Source of the DNA: Nitrospinota bacterium
GTDB lineage: Bacteria; Nitrospirota; Nitrospiria; Nitrospirales; UBA8639
Length of the DNA stretch: 64,000 nucleotides
Reading direction: 5' to 3'
Assembly: GCA_022572725.1 (NCBI GenBank)
Contig: JACZVJ010000001.1
Coordinates: 907-64,906, forward strand
The notes under the pieces were generated by a model that ran no database searches, was not told the DNA's origin, and was given only the letters and a program-made list of their open reading frames with translations. The translations under genes and the position numbers were made by a program. Below are positions 47,967 through 58,091 of this stretch, piece after piece (the stretch's first letter is position 1; every line of letters starts with the position of its first letter).

Positions 47967-48944
47967 ATGAAATCCTCTGATGAGGCGTACACGGTAATGA
48001 TCTTTCGGGGGGCTACCACCAATCCCCTTCAAGTTCGATTGCGAAAATCCACTTTCCGACGCGCCTTGATTACCGGCTTGGTTTTATTTGTTGTTCAAGC
48101 TGGAATTTTGGTCCATTATGTGGTCCAGACTGGGCAGGTTGCGGAGCTCCAGACCCTCCGGCAGGAAATCACTAAATCCCGGGATCAAACCAGTGTGTTT
48201 TCGGTTGCCGTAGATGGAATGAAGCAACAGCTTCTTGCTATGCAGCAGCTGAATCGTAAATTGCAAACCATGTTTGGCTTAGAACCTGGCCAGTTTGAGC
48301 AGGGCGTGGAATTAAATGGCCAAGGGGGGGAAGAGTTTCCCTATGACCATTCGGCTTATGGCGACCCTGCACCGATTCAAGGCAAAGGGATCTCCCCAGT
48401 TGACGGAGCCCTTCATGGAAAAAATTATCAGGCGAGTCTCGTTGCCAACATTGAGGCAGGGCTTGTTTGGCTGGAATACCAGACCTCTAGGGAGCAAAGA
48501 ATTCTCGATAAGTTAGCAATTGTAGCTGGAGAACGCGTGGAGCGTTGGGCGGGTACTCCCTCTATTTGGCCTGTGAAGGGACCTATTACATCGAGATTTG
48601 GTCCTCGCATTTCGCCCTTTACCGGGAAAAAGGCCTTCCATTCCGGGGTTGACGTTGGGTCCCCACCTGGGAAGAAGGTAAGAGCCCCTGCGGCTGGAAA
48701 GGTTGTATTGGCGGCCTATGATACCCGGATGGGGAACTTCATACGGATTTACCACGGGCATGGAATTGAAACGACGTATGGGCACTTATCGAAAATTCTA
48801 GTGAAATATGGTCATAAGGTAAAACGTGGTGATGTCATCGCTTGGGTAGGAAGTTCTGGGAGATTTTCCACAGGGCCCCATCTTCATTACCAAGTTGCGG
48901 TAAACGACAAAGTCGTGAATCCCATTCAATATATCCTTGATTAG
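47967..48944 (+). CDS. M23-family metallopeptidase with N-terminal TM helix and coiled coil
   Basis: 325 aa with LytM motifs HSGVDVG, YGHLS and GSSGRFSTGPHLHYQV. Confidence 0.85.
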   Translation: MKSSDEAYTVMIFRGATTNPLQVRLRKSTFRRALITGLVLFVVQAGILVHYVVQTGQVAELQTLRQEITKSRDQTSVFSVAVDGMKQQLLAMQQLNRKLQTMFGLEPGQFEQGVELNGQGGEEFPYDHSAYGDPAPIQGKGISPVDGALHGKNYQASLVANIEAGLVWLEYQTSREQRILDKLAIVAGERVERWAGTPSIWPVKGPITSRFGPRISPFTGKKAFHSGVDVGSPPGKKVRAPAAGKVVLAAYDTRMGNFIRIYHGHGIETTYGHLSKILVKYGHKVKRGDVIAWVGSSGRFSTGPHLHYQVAVNDKVVNPIQYILD

Positions 48945-49496
48945 CTACTGGCTCTTTGTCCCTTCGGGCACACTTACCACAAAACAATTCTGGTTTCATT
49001 AAATTTTGGGCAGTATAAAAAACCGTTCCTTCTTTAATGCCTGGAAGAGGGCTAGCTCGCGGAACCTGCACGGTCCAAAGAGTTAGTGATCATACGCCTC
49101 GCTTTTCGATAACCTTCCTCCACTTCTTCCACAGATGAGATGCTTTTATGGGGGTCAGAATTATGACCTAAGGGTAATCCCTCAAAGTTTCCTCCTGGCA
49201 TGGGACCAAAGGCCTAGCCAGGCCAATTGGTGGTAGGCCTTCTTTTGGCCAAGTTGGGTCTTCTTTTTGGTTGCCTTCTAGGGTCATTAAGCATAAGATT
49301 TCCCTATAGAAGTTTCCTTGCCTCCCCTGTGAGGAACTCTCACCTGGGGTAGATTGACAATTTTTAAAGGCCTCTGTTACGGTACTGAGAATCCTTGAGG
49401 GTTTGCTTGGGTAATTCAAAAGTTACGGTGGTTGATCGTTTAGGGAAGCTACTTAAGAGTTTAACCTGCGTTTAAGATAAAAAGGGAGGACCAACT

Positions 49497-50387
49497 ATGA
49501 GTCTCGATTATGTGAAGTTCACGCCGGGTTTTGACAAATGGATGCCCAAGGAATACCGGGATATGGTTGAACATGGGCCGTTTGGCAAAAAAACCACTGT
49601 GTCACAAGTGGGGAGTTTTAAAGAGATCCTTGAAGAGCATCCCATGTGTGCGGGATGTGCGATGACGCTCTTTATCCGTTTAGCGATAATCGCATTTCCC
49701 AACCCAGAAGATACAATCACCGTTGGGACGGCAGGGTGTGGCCGGTTAGCCATTTCCCAGGCGGCTATTCCCTTTGTGTACGGGAATTATGGAGACCAAA
49801 ATGGGGTGGCGAGTGGGCTGAGCCGGGGTCTTCGACTTCGGTTTGGGGATAGGCCAAAGGACGTCGTGGTCTTGGCTGGTGATGGGGGAATGGCGGATAT
49901 TGGTTTTGCCCAAACCCTCCATTCCTGGTTCCGCAAGGAAAAGTTTACGACGATCATGTTAGATAATGAAGTGTATGGCAATACTGGGGGGCAGGAAAGT
50001 GGCATGACCAATAAGGGTCAAGTATTAAAGATGGCTCCCCTTGGTAAGAAATTCGAGAAAATGGACATGCTTGGCATGGCCAAAATAGCGGGCTGTGCTT
50101 ATGTGGCCACCGTGGTTCCCAATAATCCGCGGCGCGTTGAGAGTGTGATTAAGAAAGCTGTTCTGATTGCTCGAGAAGTTGGGCCTACGTACATTCAGGC
50201 CTACACGTCCTGTAATATTGAATATGCCATTCCCACTGATAAAGTGTTGGAGGATTGCAAGGAGGTAGAGGACGATCGGTACAAATTCACGGAATATCTC
50301 ACGGATGAAGCCAAAGAGACTCTTTCGGGTCTCTATGGCTACAAGGAATATCTCCCGAAGCCAGTTCCGGCAATTACAAAAAATTAG
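49497..50387 (+). CDS. 2-oxoacid:ferredoxin oxidoreductase, beta (TPP-binding) subunit
   Basis: 296 aa with CAGCA and the TPP motif LAGDGGMADIGF...LDNEVYGNTGGQ. SD GGGAGGA lies upstream. Confidence 0.9.
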   Translation: MSLDYVKFTPGFDKWMPKEYRDMVEHGPFGKKTTVSQVGSFKEILEEHPMCAGCAMTLFIRLAIIAFPNPEDTITVGTAGCGRLAISQAAIPFVYGNYGDQNGVASGLSRGLRLRFGDRPKDVVVLAGDGGMADIGFAQTLHSWFRKEKFTTIMLDNEVYGNTGGQESGMTNKGQVLKMAPLGKKFEKMDMLGMAKIAGCAYVATVVPNNPRRVESVIKKAVLIAREVGPTYIQAYTSCNIEYAIPTDKVLEDCKEVEDDRYKFTEYLTDEAKETLSGLYGYKEYLPKPVPAITKN

Positions 50388-50468
50388 AATTCGGGAACGT
50401 GCAGGCTGAGGAGAAGATTAACGTACGGTAGAAGATTGGGCCCCTAGGAGGGTGAGGAGGAGGTTGAA

Positions 50469-51182
50469 ATGGCAGTCCGATTTAACATCCGAATGGCAGG
50501 GGTTGGAGGGCAGGGTGTGGTCACTGGCTCCCATATATTTAGTACCGCTGTAATCAACGCCGGGGGTGAAAGTACCATTGTCCCGTTTTACGGATCGGAG
50601 AAACGAATGGCCCCTGTGGAGAGTTACGTGCGAGTATCGGATGAACCCATTTATGAAATTGGCGAAATTACTTTTCCCCATATCCTTTTGATTTTTCACC
50701 CTCAATGCATCACTCATGGGAAAAGCTATACCAATCCCTGGTATTTTGGATTGAAAAAAGATGGGGTCGCGTTGATTAATAATGTTGGGCCCATGAAACT
50801 TCAAACGGATCATGCGCAGGAGCTGGCCGACCTCAATGTAAAGATCTATTACCTCCCTGCGACGAAGCTGTCTCTCGAGGTGGCAGGGATTGACCTGGCG
50901 ACGAATATGGCGATGGTCGGAGCTATTGGGGCCATTACCGGATTAACCAACATGGAGGCCTTAGAGCAAGCCGTGAAAGACCGGTTTCTTGGAAAAGGAT
51001 TTGTCGTTTCGGGTGGGACGGCTGCCTTGGATAGCGTCGTTGAGCGGAAATTTAAGAAAAAGGCCGAATTAATTGGTAAAAATCTCGCAGTGGTGAAAGC
51101 AGCCTGGGATTTTGCAGAACAAAATGGTTGGGCTGCTACCCAAAAAACGACATCAACCGGACAAGCTGCGGCAACGGCCTAA
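50469..51182 (+). CDS. 2-oxoacid:ferredoxin oxidoreductase, gamma subunit
   Basis: 237 aa. The N-terminus FNIRMAGVGGQGVVTGSHIF is typical of OFOR gamma subunits. Confidence 0.85.
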   Translation: MAVRFNIRMAGVGGQGVVTGSHIFSTAVINAGGESTIVPFYGSEKRMAPVESYVRVSDEPIYEIGEITFPHILLIFHPQCITHGKSYTNPWYFGLKKDGVALINNVGPMKLQTDHAQELADLNVKIYYLPATKLSLEVAGIDLATNMAMVGAIGAITGLTNMEALEQAVKDRFLGKGFVVSGGTAALDSVVERKFKKKAELIGKNLAVVKAAWDFAEQNGWAATQKTTSTGQAAATA

Positions 51183-51220
51183 AGGCTTGTCTGGGATAGA
51201 AAAAAAAGGAAGAGAGTTCA

Positions 51221-51544
51221 ATGTATTTAGTTGCCAATATAAGCGTCGATATCTGTGCCGCCACGAGTTGTAAACTGTGCACCCAATTTTGCCCTGAAGC
51301 GAATACCATTCTTTACAATGATGAAGCAGGAAAAGAAAAGGGTCTCAGGTATGGATCAGCCTATGTTTCTGTGGATCGGTGTAAAGGCTGTGCGCAGTGT
51401 GTTTGGGTGTGTGACAATATGGCCAAACACAACGCCATAAAAATGGAAATGATTGACCTAATTGGAGACCAGGCCTTGACCGAAAATATTCATTATGGGG
51501 AAAAGTCGACAACTGCAACTTTAGCCAACCCGTTCCCGGGATAA
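51221..51544 (+). CDS. 2-oxoacid:ferredoxin oxidoreductase, small ferredoxin-type (2x[4Fe-4S]) subunit
   Basis: 107 aa with Cys motifs CKLCTQFCPE and CKGCAQCVWVCD. Confidence 0.8.
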   Translation: MYLVANISVDICAATSCKLCTQFCPEANTILYNDEAGKEKGLRYGSAYVSVDRCKGCAQCVWVCDNMAKHNAIKMEMIDLIGDQALTENIHYGEKSTTATLANPFPG

Positions 51545-51599
51545 TCAGCCTTCTGGATGGTTTTCGAAAAAAAGTAAAAAGAAAAAAGGTTGGAGTGAA

Positions 51600-52367
51600 A
51601 TGGTGAAAGCAACTGAAGGTGTGGAAGAAAAGATCATTGTACCTGGTCCAGCAGGGTTTCATCCTCCGTCAGCCGCCCAGTTGGGGGTGCTACCGCCGAA
51701 CCCAGGCTATGGGTTGCGATACGGCCATGAAGTTGAGGAAGAGGAGGTCATGGAAGAATTGGCTCAGGTCATGTTGACAAGCCCAAACGCTACAATTTTC
51801 CCCGGCCCGTTGGTGCTCTGGAATTGGAATGACCATGCTGCGGACAAGGCCAGAGCTGTTCTGGAGATTGCAGCGCAGATTCCGGACGTCCTGATTATTC
51901 CCATGCCCGACTACCGTCCCAAATATCCCAAGGTTGAACCCGAGGAGGCGATAAACCCCAACCATCCCAATTTAACCATTTGGGGAAATAAGATCGAAGC
52001 CTGCATTTTTGTTGGTGTGCATTGCCATTATGCCAATCTGTCGCTCAAAATGATTCGGGCAGGGACCAATTGCTGCACCACTGCGTTGTGTGCTGAACAG
52101 GGGCACGAGGATGCGATGTTCACCATTCGGGACAGTGATGCTACTAAGCTGCGTCGGGTGGCCCAGGTTTTTAAGCGGGTAAGGGAGAAGATGGGTATCA
52201 AACTTCCCGAAGACGGGTGTAATGTACGGTTTACCTCCTATCAATCCCGCATTGCCGCGGGTGGGAAAACCCGCACGAATCCGCTTGATTTTACTCCAGG
52301 TGACCCAGTAGGTGGGTCCGCTGAAGGGTTTGGTCATAAGCCAGAGCATATGCAAGGTGAGGCGTAA
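51600..52367 (+). CDS. Fifth OFOR subunit (PorD/ForD-like of five-subunit Hydrogenobacter-type enzymes); assignment by position
   Basis: 255-aa ORF embedded between the ferredoxin-type and alpha subunit genes with tight spacing. I recognise no cofactor motif. Confidence 0.55.
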   Translation: MVKATEGVEEKIIVPGPAGFHPPSAAQLGVLPPNPGYGLRYGHEVEEEEVMEELAQVMLTSPNATIFPGPLVLWNWNDHAADKARAVLEIAAQIPDVLIIPMPDYRPKYPKVEPEEAINPNHPNLTIWGNKIEACIFVGVHCHYANLSLKMIRAGTNCCTTALCAEQGHEDAMFTIRDSDATKLRRVAQVFKRVREKMGIKLPEDGCNVRFTSYQSRIAAGGKTRTNPLDFTPGDPVGGSAEGFGHKPEHMQGEA

Positions 52368-52405
52368 AACATAGTTCAAAGTAAATTCCATAGAGGGGTT
52401 ATGCT

Positions 52406-53758
52406 ATGAGCGAAGCATTGGAAGCAGAAGTCAAAACCAATCCACAAGGGGATCCCATTACCAGCACGGCTGCAGCTCCGACAACCCAAGTTGCGAAGAA
52501 AGATCCCCATGGGGAAGCCAAGCGACAAAAAGTCGTATCTCCGGAATATATGTTTTTCGAGGCGCCCCGCGAACGAGAGTTCATTACTGGGAGTGAGTGT
52601 GCGAAGGAGGCTGTACGCCGGTCAAATGTGGATCTTTCTGTAGCGTATCCCATTACTCCCCAAAGTGAAACGATGCAGCTTATCGGGGTGTTATATGGCG
52701 AGGGCTATGTCAAGGAGTACTATCGGGGGGAAGAGGAATATGGAGTGATGTCAGCCATAGCCGGTGCTTCTCGGGCCGGCGTGCGTTGCTTCACGGCCAC
52801 TGCTGGTCCCGGAACGCTTCGCGGAATTGAACCGATCGCCTCCTGGCCGGGCCATCGACTTCCCGCTGTCGCGATGTTTACCTGCCGAGTGGTCAATGCC
52901 CCTCTTGCAATTCAGCCCGATAACATTGAGATAACCTATCTTTTGAACTGCGGGATGATCCTTTTCCACTCTGAAAATCAGCAGGACCTCTTTGATTTCC
53001 TCATGAAGGCGTTCGTGATCAGCGAGAAGAACGACGTCACCCTTCCTGTTGGGGTCGCCTGTGATGGTTTTTTCGTGACCCATGCCCGTGGATATTGTTC
53101 GATGCCGGATCGTGGTCTCAAGCTGCCACCACGTGAAGCTTGGAGAGGGGCCGTCCCTGTACTAGATGCGGAAAACCCACCTGCTCGATTGTCGCGTGAT
53201 GCGCCGGTTCAAAAGTCCAATTTCATGGCTTACAACATTCATGCGGTGTGGCAACAGGAAGTATGGGCTGCCGTTGAGCGCTCCCGGAAGTACATTGAAC
53301 TCTATATGGGGGGGCTGGTTGAAGCGCAAAACTTGGAAGATGCGGAGGTGGTCCTTATTGCGTCGGGGAGTGCTCTTGCCCAATCACGGGAAGCGTTGCG
53401 CTTGTGTAAAGATAAAGGAATTAAGGCTGGGTTGATCAAGATTCGATCGTTGCGGCCGTTCCCCACAGCTGAGCTCCGTAAGTTATGCAAAAACGCTAAG
53501 CTCATTGTGGTCCCTGAGTTCAATTATGTGGGATGGTTGGCGAAGGAGGTGGCGACGGCAATTTTTGGATACTCAAAGGCCAAGATTATCGCTGGACCCC
53601 ACGTCTACGGTGGGATGTCGATGCCTGTTGAAATGATCCTTGATGAAATCGTATGCGGGCTCACTGGAAAGAAATCGTCTTCCGTTCCCTCCTCCGACAT
53701 TATGGGGGCGACGGAGGTTGATCCGGCAGAGGTTTCTCATTTCCTGCAAAACATTTAA
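52406..53758 (+). CDS. 2-oxoacid:ferredoxin oxidoreductase, alpha subunit
   Basis: 450 aa with GSECAKEAVRRSNVDLSVAYPITPQSE, typical of OFOR alpha subunits. Confidence 0.9.
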   Translation: MSEALEAEVKTNPQGDPITSTAAAPTTQVAKKDPHGEAKRQKVVSPEYMFFEAPREREFITGSECAKEAVRRSNVDLSVAYPITPQSETMQLIGVLYGEGYVKEYYRGEEEYGVMSAIAGASRAGVRCFTATAGPGTLRGIEPIASWPGHRLPAVAMFTCRVVNAPLAIQPDNIEITYLLNCGMILFHSENQQDLFDFLMKAFVISEKNDVTLPVGVACDGFFVTHARGYCSMPDRGLKLPPREAWRGAVPVLDAENPPARLSRDAPVQKSNFMAYNIHAVWQQEVWAAVERSRKYIELYMGGLVEAQNLEDAEVVLIASGSALAQSREALRLCKDKGIKAGLIKIRSLRPFPTAELRKLCKNAKLIVVPEFNYVGWLAKEVATAIFGYSKAKIIAGPHVYGGMSMPVEMILDEIVCGLTGKKSSSVPSSDIMGATEVDPAEVSHFLQNI

Positions 53759-53803
53759 AAGTCCTAAAGCCTTTCAGGAAATTTGCCCCATCCTATAGAA
53801 TGT

Positions 53804-53841
53804 AAAAAGCCCGCCTCAAGATTCTTGAGGCGGGCTTTTTA
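53804..53841 (+). terminator. Strong rho-independent terminator (A-tract / T-tract flanked, potentially bidirectional)
   Basis: AAAAAGCCCGCCTCAAG-ATTC-TTGAGGCGGGCTTTTT, a perfect 11-12-bp GC-rich stem, 46 nt after the OFOR alpha stop. Confidence 0.85.
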
Positions 53842-53981
53842 CTGTCCCGTGTATGTGGCCTGAAGGGGTAAACCTCATGTCTTTGGCCCCATCAGCCCGA
53901 GCATTTTATTTTTATCTGGTCTGGTGAGGGATCTCATATCTGGTGAATGCCGGACTCGATAAATTATTTCTTTTGTAGTCG

Positions 53982-54791
53982 ATGAACATCCTCGTCACCA
54001 ACGATGATGGAATTGAATCTCCCGGGCTCAAGGCCCTCGCTCAAGCCATGAAAAAACTTGGAGAGGTTTGGGTAGTGGCTCCAGAGCGCCCCCAAAATGC
54101 TGTCGGACGGGCCATCACATTGCATAAGCCCCTCAGGCTAAAATATGTGAAAAAGCGGACCTTTGCGGTGAATGGCACCCCTGTCGATTGTGTTACTCTT
54201 GGGTTTGGGCAACTGTTAAAGGATCAACAGCCCGGCTTGGTCATCTCGGGTATTAACAAAGGGTTGAACCTGGGTGATGACGTGACCAATTCGGGCACGG
54301 TAGCGGCTGCGTTGGAGGGAGCAATACGTGGCATTCCCTCAATTGCAATTTCTCTAGATGGTCAAAGGGTTTTTCGGTACAGTGTGGCTGCCCTCGTGGT
54401 TCAACGAGTGGCTGACATGGTGCTTCGTTTGGGCCTCCCACCGGATACGTTGTTGAATGTCAATGTTCCGGATTTGCCACTCGGTGGCATCAAGGGAGTG
54501 AAATTCACTTCCCTGACTCGACGTCGCTATAAAAATCCGGTTATTGAAAGAACGGATCCCCGAGGTGGGAAGTATTATTGGATCGCCGGGGAACAAGTCT
54601 CCTGGAGGCGTTACCGGGATTCGGATTTAGAAGCCGTTACCGAGGGTATGGTTTCGATTACACCCCTTCATTTTGATATGACGCACTATCAGGCGTTAAA
54701 GTCTCTCAAGAGCTGGGAATCGGATTTACATAGCTATTTGAAAGGGAAAAAAGAGAAAATTCCTTTTGTTTCTCGAATGAAGAGCCGATGA
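53982..54791 (+). CDS. surE: 5-prime/3-prime-nucleotidase SurE
   Basis: 269 aa with N-terminal MNILVTNDDGIESPGL and GINKGLNLGDDVTNSGTV. Confidence 0.95.
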   Translation: MNILVTNDDGIESPGLKALAQAMKKLGEVWVVAPERPQNAVGRAITLHKPLRLKYVKKRTFAVNGTPVDCVTLGFGQLLKDQQPGLVISGINKGLNLGDDVTNSGTVAAALEGAIRGIPSIAISLDGQRVFRYSVAALVVQRVADMVLRLGLPPDTLLNVNVPDLPLGGIKGVKFTSLTRRRYKNPVIERTDPRGGKYYWIAGEQVSWRRYRDSDLEAVTEGMVSITPLHFDMTHYQALKSLKSWESDLHSYLKGKKEKIPFVSRMKSR

Positions 54792-54867
54792 CAAATATGG
54801 GTTTTTGAGCCGTTCAACTGGGGTGTTTCGGAGTCTATAGAGTCCGCACACAGCCTCATCGATCTCA

Positions 54868-55464
54868 ATGTTTCAAGAATTATATCAATGGATGTTGTCG
54901 TGGTCAGATTCACCCTATGCCATTCCTGCGCTTTTTTTGTTAGCCTTTGCCGAATCCTCTTTTTTTCCGATTCCCCCCGATGTGCTGCTGATGGCCCTGA
55001 CCCTTGGGCAACCCGATTCTGGGATGTACTATGCGGCGGTCACGACCGCGGGATCGGTGTTAGGTGGCATGTTTGGGTATGCCATTGGGTGGACTGGTGG
55101 GCGTCCCCTTCTTAGAAGGTTTATGGGAGAGGACCGGGTCAACTTGATTCACCAGGCTTTTGCGCGGTATGAGGGTTGGGCCATTCTCATTGCCGGCTTT
55201 ACGCCGATTCCATACAAGGTGTTTACCATTGGAGCGGGTTCCTTCTACGTCAACTTCAGGGTGTTTGTCCTCGCGTCTGCCGTGAGTCGCGGCGCACGAT
55301 TTTTCTTGGTGGCAGGAGCCATTCAACTCCTCGGACCGTGGATGAAAGAACTGATTGAGCAATACTTCAACCTCTTTACCATTCTCTTCATCCTCCTTTT
55401 AGCTCTTGGATTTCTGGTCGTGCGGGTTCAAGCCCGAAAGGCTTTGAAAACCAGTTCTCCCTAA
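54868..55464 (+). CDS. YqaA/DedA-related membrane protein
   Basis: 198 aa, multi-TM, with FFPIPPDVLL and GFTPIPYKVFTIGAG motifs. Confidence 0.8.
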   Translation: MFQELYQWMLSWSDSPYAIPALFLLAFAESSFFPIPPDVLLMALTLGQPDSGMYYAAVTTAGSVLGGMFGYAIGWTGGRPLLRRFMGEDRVNLIHQAFARYEGWAILIAGFTPIPYKVFTIGAGSFYVNFRVFVLASAVSRGARFFLVAGAIQLLGPWMKELIEQYFNLFTILFILLLALGFLVVRVQARKALKTSSP

Positions 55465-55484
55465 GTAGAAAACACGGAAGCTCC

Positions 55485-56951
55485 GTGAAAATCTACAATA
55501 CCCTGACCAATAAAAAAGAAGCTTTTGAACCGTTGGAGAACAACCTCGTTCGAATGTATGTCTGTGGAGTGACCGCCTATGACGACTGTCATCTTGGCCA
55601 CGCTCGTAGTGCCGTCGTGTTCGACGTCATTCGTCGATATCTCACCTTTCGTGGATACCAGGTGAAATTTGTTCGAAATTTCACGGACATTGATGACAAG
55701 ATTCTGAACCGCGCAGTGGAGGAGGGAATCCCCTGGAATGAAGTCTCGGCCAAATATATCGAAGCTTACTCACATGATATGAATCGTCTTCAGGTGAGTA
55801 TTCCTGATGTGGAACCTCGAGCAACCGACCATATGCAAGAGATTATTGAAATGATTAAGGCCTTGGTTGAAAAGGGCCACGCCTATCGAATCGATGGTGA
55901 TGTCTATTACCATGTTCCCTCTTTTGAAGGTTACGGTCGGTTGGCACGCCGAAACCTGGATGAGTTGCAGGCCGGCGCTCGAGTGGAGGTAGACGAGCGG
56001 AAGCGAGATCCCATGGATTTTGCCTTGTGGAAGGGAGCCAAGCCAGGAGAACCAGCCTGGCAGAGCCCCTGGGGGCCCGGTCGCCCAGGCTGGCACATCG
56101 AGTGTTCGGCCATGTCCATTCGGCACCTGGGAGAGACGTTTGATCTCCATGGCGGGGGAAAGGACCTCATTTTCCCACATCACGAGAACGAAATAGCGCA
56201 ATCCTCCGCTGTGACGGGAAAGGCATTCGCAAAATACTGGTTGCATAATGGCATGGTCACCGTGGATGAGGAGAAAATGTCCAAATCCTTGGGTAATTTT
56301 TTTACGATTAAGGACATTTTTGCGAAGTCGAATTCCTCAGAATCCATCACAGCAGAAACCCTACGATATTTTTTGCTTTCGACTCATTATCGGAGCGATC
56401 TCAACTTTTCAAACCAAGCGGTCTCGGCGGCGAAAGCAGCTCTCGATAACCTCTATGGACTATTTCAACGGCTTGAAGAACCGACCTGCGGGGAAACAGC
56501 CGATACAAAGTCGTTCCAAGGGATGATTGAGGGGTTTAAAAGTGCCTTCCTTCACGCCATGGATGATGACTTCAATACGCCGAAAGCGTTGGGTGAATTT
56601 CAACGGTTGAGGAGTGAGGTAAATGGCTACCTTCAATCCGGTTTATCGAAAGGGTCTCGAAAGAACGTACTGGAAACCTTTCCGCAATTGGGGGAGCCCT
56701 TGGGGCTTTTTCAGATGGCGCCAAAGGAGTGGGAGTTTCGTCCCATGAGCTTTGCCGTTACGCAACCTGGCTTGCAGGCCGATTCGGGCCAAATATTGAC
56801 TGATGATTGGATTGAGCGACAAGTTCAAAAGCGGGTTGAAGCACGAGAAAGGAAAGATTTTGCGACCGCCGACCAAATTCGGAAAAACCTGGCCGCCCAA
56901 GGGATTACCATCGAGGACCGTCCGGACGGGACCAGCCGTTGGAAACGGTGA
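55485..56951 (+). CDS. cysS: Cysteine--tRNA ligase
   Basis: 488 aa with a GTG start, the HIGH-type motif (CHLGHARS) and KMSKSLGN. Confidence 0.95.
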   Translation: MKIYNTLTNKKEAFEPLENNLVRMYVCGVTAYDDCHLGHARSAVVFDVIRRYLTFRGYQVKFVRNFTDIDDKILNRAVEEGIPWNEVSAKYIEAYSHDMNRLQVSIPDVEPRATDHMQEIIEMIKALVEKGHAYRIDGDVYYHVPSFEGYGRLARRNLDELQAGARVEVDERKRDPMDFALWKGAKPGEPAWQSPWGPGRPGWHIECSAMSIRHLGETFDLHGGGKDLIFPHHENEIAQSSAVTGKAFAKYWLHNGMVTVDEEKMSKSLGNFFTIKDIFAKSNSSESITAETLRYFLLSTHYRSDLNFSNQAVSAAKAALDNLYGLFQRLEEPTCGETADTKSFQGMIEGFKSAFLHAMDDDFNTPKALGEFQRLRSEVNGYLQSGLSKGSRKNVLETFPQLGEPLGLFQMAPKEWEFRPMSFAVTQPGLQADSGQILTDDWIERQVQKRVEARERKDFATADQIRKNLAAQGITIEDRPDGTSRWKR

Positions 56952-57708
56952 TCCGCAAGAGCTGCTTTATGGGGTGCATCCGATCGCCGAGGCTCTTAGG
57001 GCTGGGGGTCGAACTTTCTTGCGGATCCTGGTAATTCGTCAGGATCGTCGATTTGCAGAAATTTTTCGGTTGGCCCGGTTGAGGCAGGTTCCTGTTTTTG
57101 TGGAGCCCAGGTCCCACCTTGATAGATTGGTGCCTCAGGGATCCCACCAAGGCGTTATTGGACTGGTGGCCTCAAAACGCTATGCCGATGAAGAAGAATT
57201 GCTCGTCTATGCCCAACGACAACGTGATGCCCCGTTCTTGCTGGTTCTTGATGGGGTGGAGGATCCGCAGAATCTTGGGGCGGTGTTGAGAACAGCGGAA
57301 GCGGCGGGGGTCCATGGGGTCTTTATCCCGGATCGGCGGTCTGTAGGGCTGACGGCTGGCGTGGCTAAAGCCTCTGGCGGGGCCCTTGAGCATATTCGGG
57401 TCGCTCGTTGTCCGAATATAGGAAAACTCGTTCAACGTTTAGAGGAACTCAATATCCCAGCGTATGCCTTGGATCCTCAGGCCGAACGATCGTATACCGA
57501 CCTGGATTTCTGTGGGCCTGTGGCGTTGGTTTTGGGTGTTGAAGGAAAGGGGATCCGACCGGGTGTCCTAAAGAAATGCGGGGACCGAATTAGGATCCCA
57601 ATGGGTGGGCAACTTGCTTCGTTGAACTTATCCGCTTCTGCGGCAGTGGTGATATTTGAAGCCGTGAGACAGCGACGACTAGCCGCGTTTTCTCATCGAC
57701 CTATTTAA
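56803..57708 (+). CDS. rlmB: 23S rRNA (guanosine-2-prime-O)-methyltransferase RlmB (SpoU/TrmH family)
   Basis: LLYGVHPIAEAL N-domain and SpoU motifs (LDGVEDPQNLGAVLRTAEAAG, LVLGVEGKGIR, IPMGGQLASLNLSASAAV). The start is uncertain: ATG 56803 overlaps cysS by 149 nt, and the next in-frame start is GTG 56974. Confidence 0.8.
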   Translation: MIGLSDKFKSGLKHEKGKILRPPTKFGKTWPPKGLPSRTVRTGPAVGNGDPQELLYGVHPIAEALRAGGRTFLRILVIRQDRRFAEIFRLARLRQVPVFVEPRSHLDRLVPQGSHQGVIGLVASKRYADEEELLVYAQRQRDAPFLLVLDGVEDPQNLGAVLRTAEAAGVHGVFIPDRRSVGLTAGVAKASGGALEHIRVARCPNIGKLVQRLEELNIPAYALDPQAERSYTDLDFCGPVALVLGVEGKGIRPGVLKKCGDRIRIPMGGQLASLNLSASAAVVIFEAVRQRRLAAFSHRPI

Positions 57709-57961
57709 CCTGAATGAGCCCTTCCTGAATGGCCGCGTTGAGGAGTTGAGCGGCGTTGGAAACGCGCACCTTCTTCATCATGTTGGCCCGGTGAGCCTCA
57801 ACAGTTTTGACACTGATTTTGAGTCGTTGAGCGATTTCCTTATTTTTAAGGCCGGACCAAATCAGTTGAAGGATTTCTTGCTCCCGGTCGGTCAAGGCCT
57901 CCGGACGTTTCCGTTTCAAGGAAAGGGCTTCTCGTCTTTTTGCCTTGCCTTGCACAGCCAT
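57701..57961 (-). CDS. Stand-alone LuxR/GerE-type helix-turn-helix protein
   Basis: 86 aa with LTDREQEILQLIWSGLKNKEIAQRLKISVKTVEAHRANMMKK. Confidence 0.85.
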   Translation of the reverse strand: MAVQGKAKRREALSLKRKRPEALTDREQEILQLIWSGLKNKEIAQRLKISVKTVEAHRANMMKKVRVSNAAQLLNAAIQEGLIQVK

Positions 57962-58091
57962 AGGTCACCGGAGTTTTGCTCAGGATGAAATATCTAGGTA
58001 ATATTAGCAATCTCCTGAGTCAAAGTAAAGGCTGGACAGTACGTAATTTACGCCATGTCTGCCCGCCGAAGGTGCTGCGAAAGATCTGTGC

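Noticed and set aside
49168-49419. 83-aa minus-strand ORF in the 552-nt region upstream of the OFOR cluster
   Set aside because: It has no start signal or recognisable family. The region is more likely the promoter or leader of the OFOR operon.
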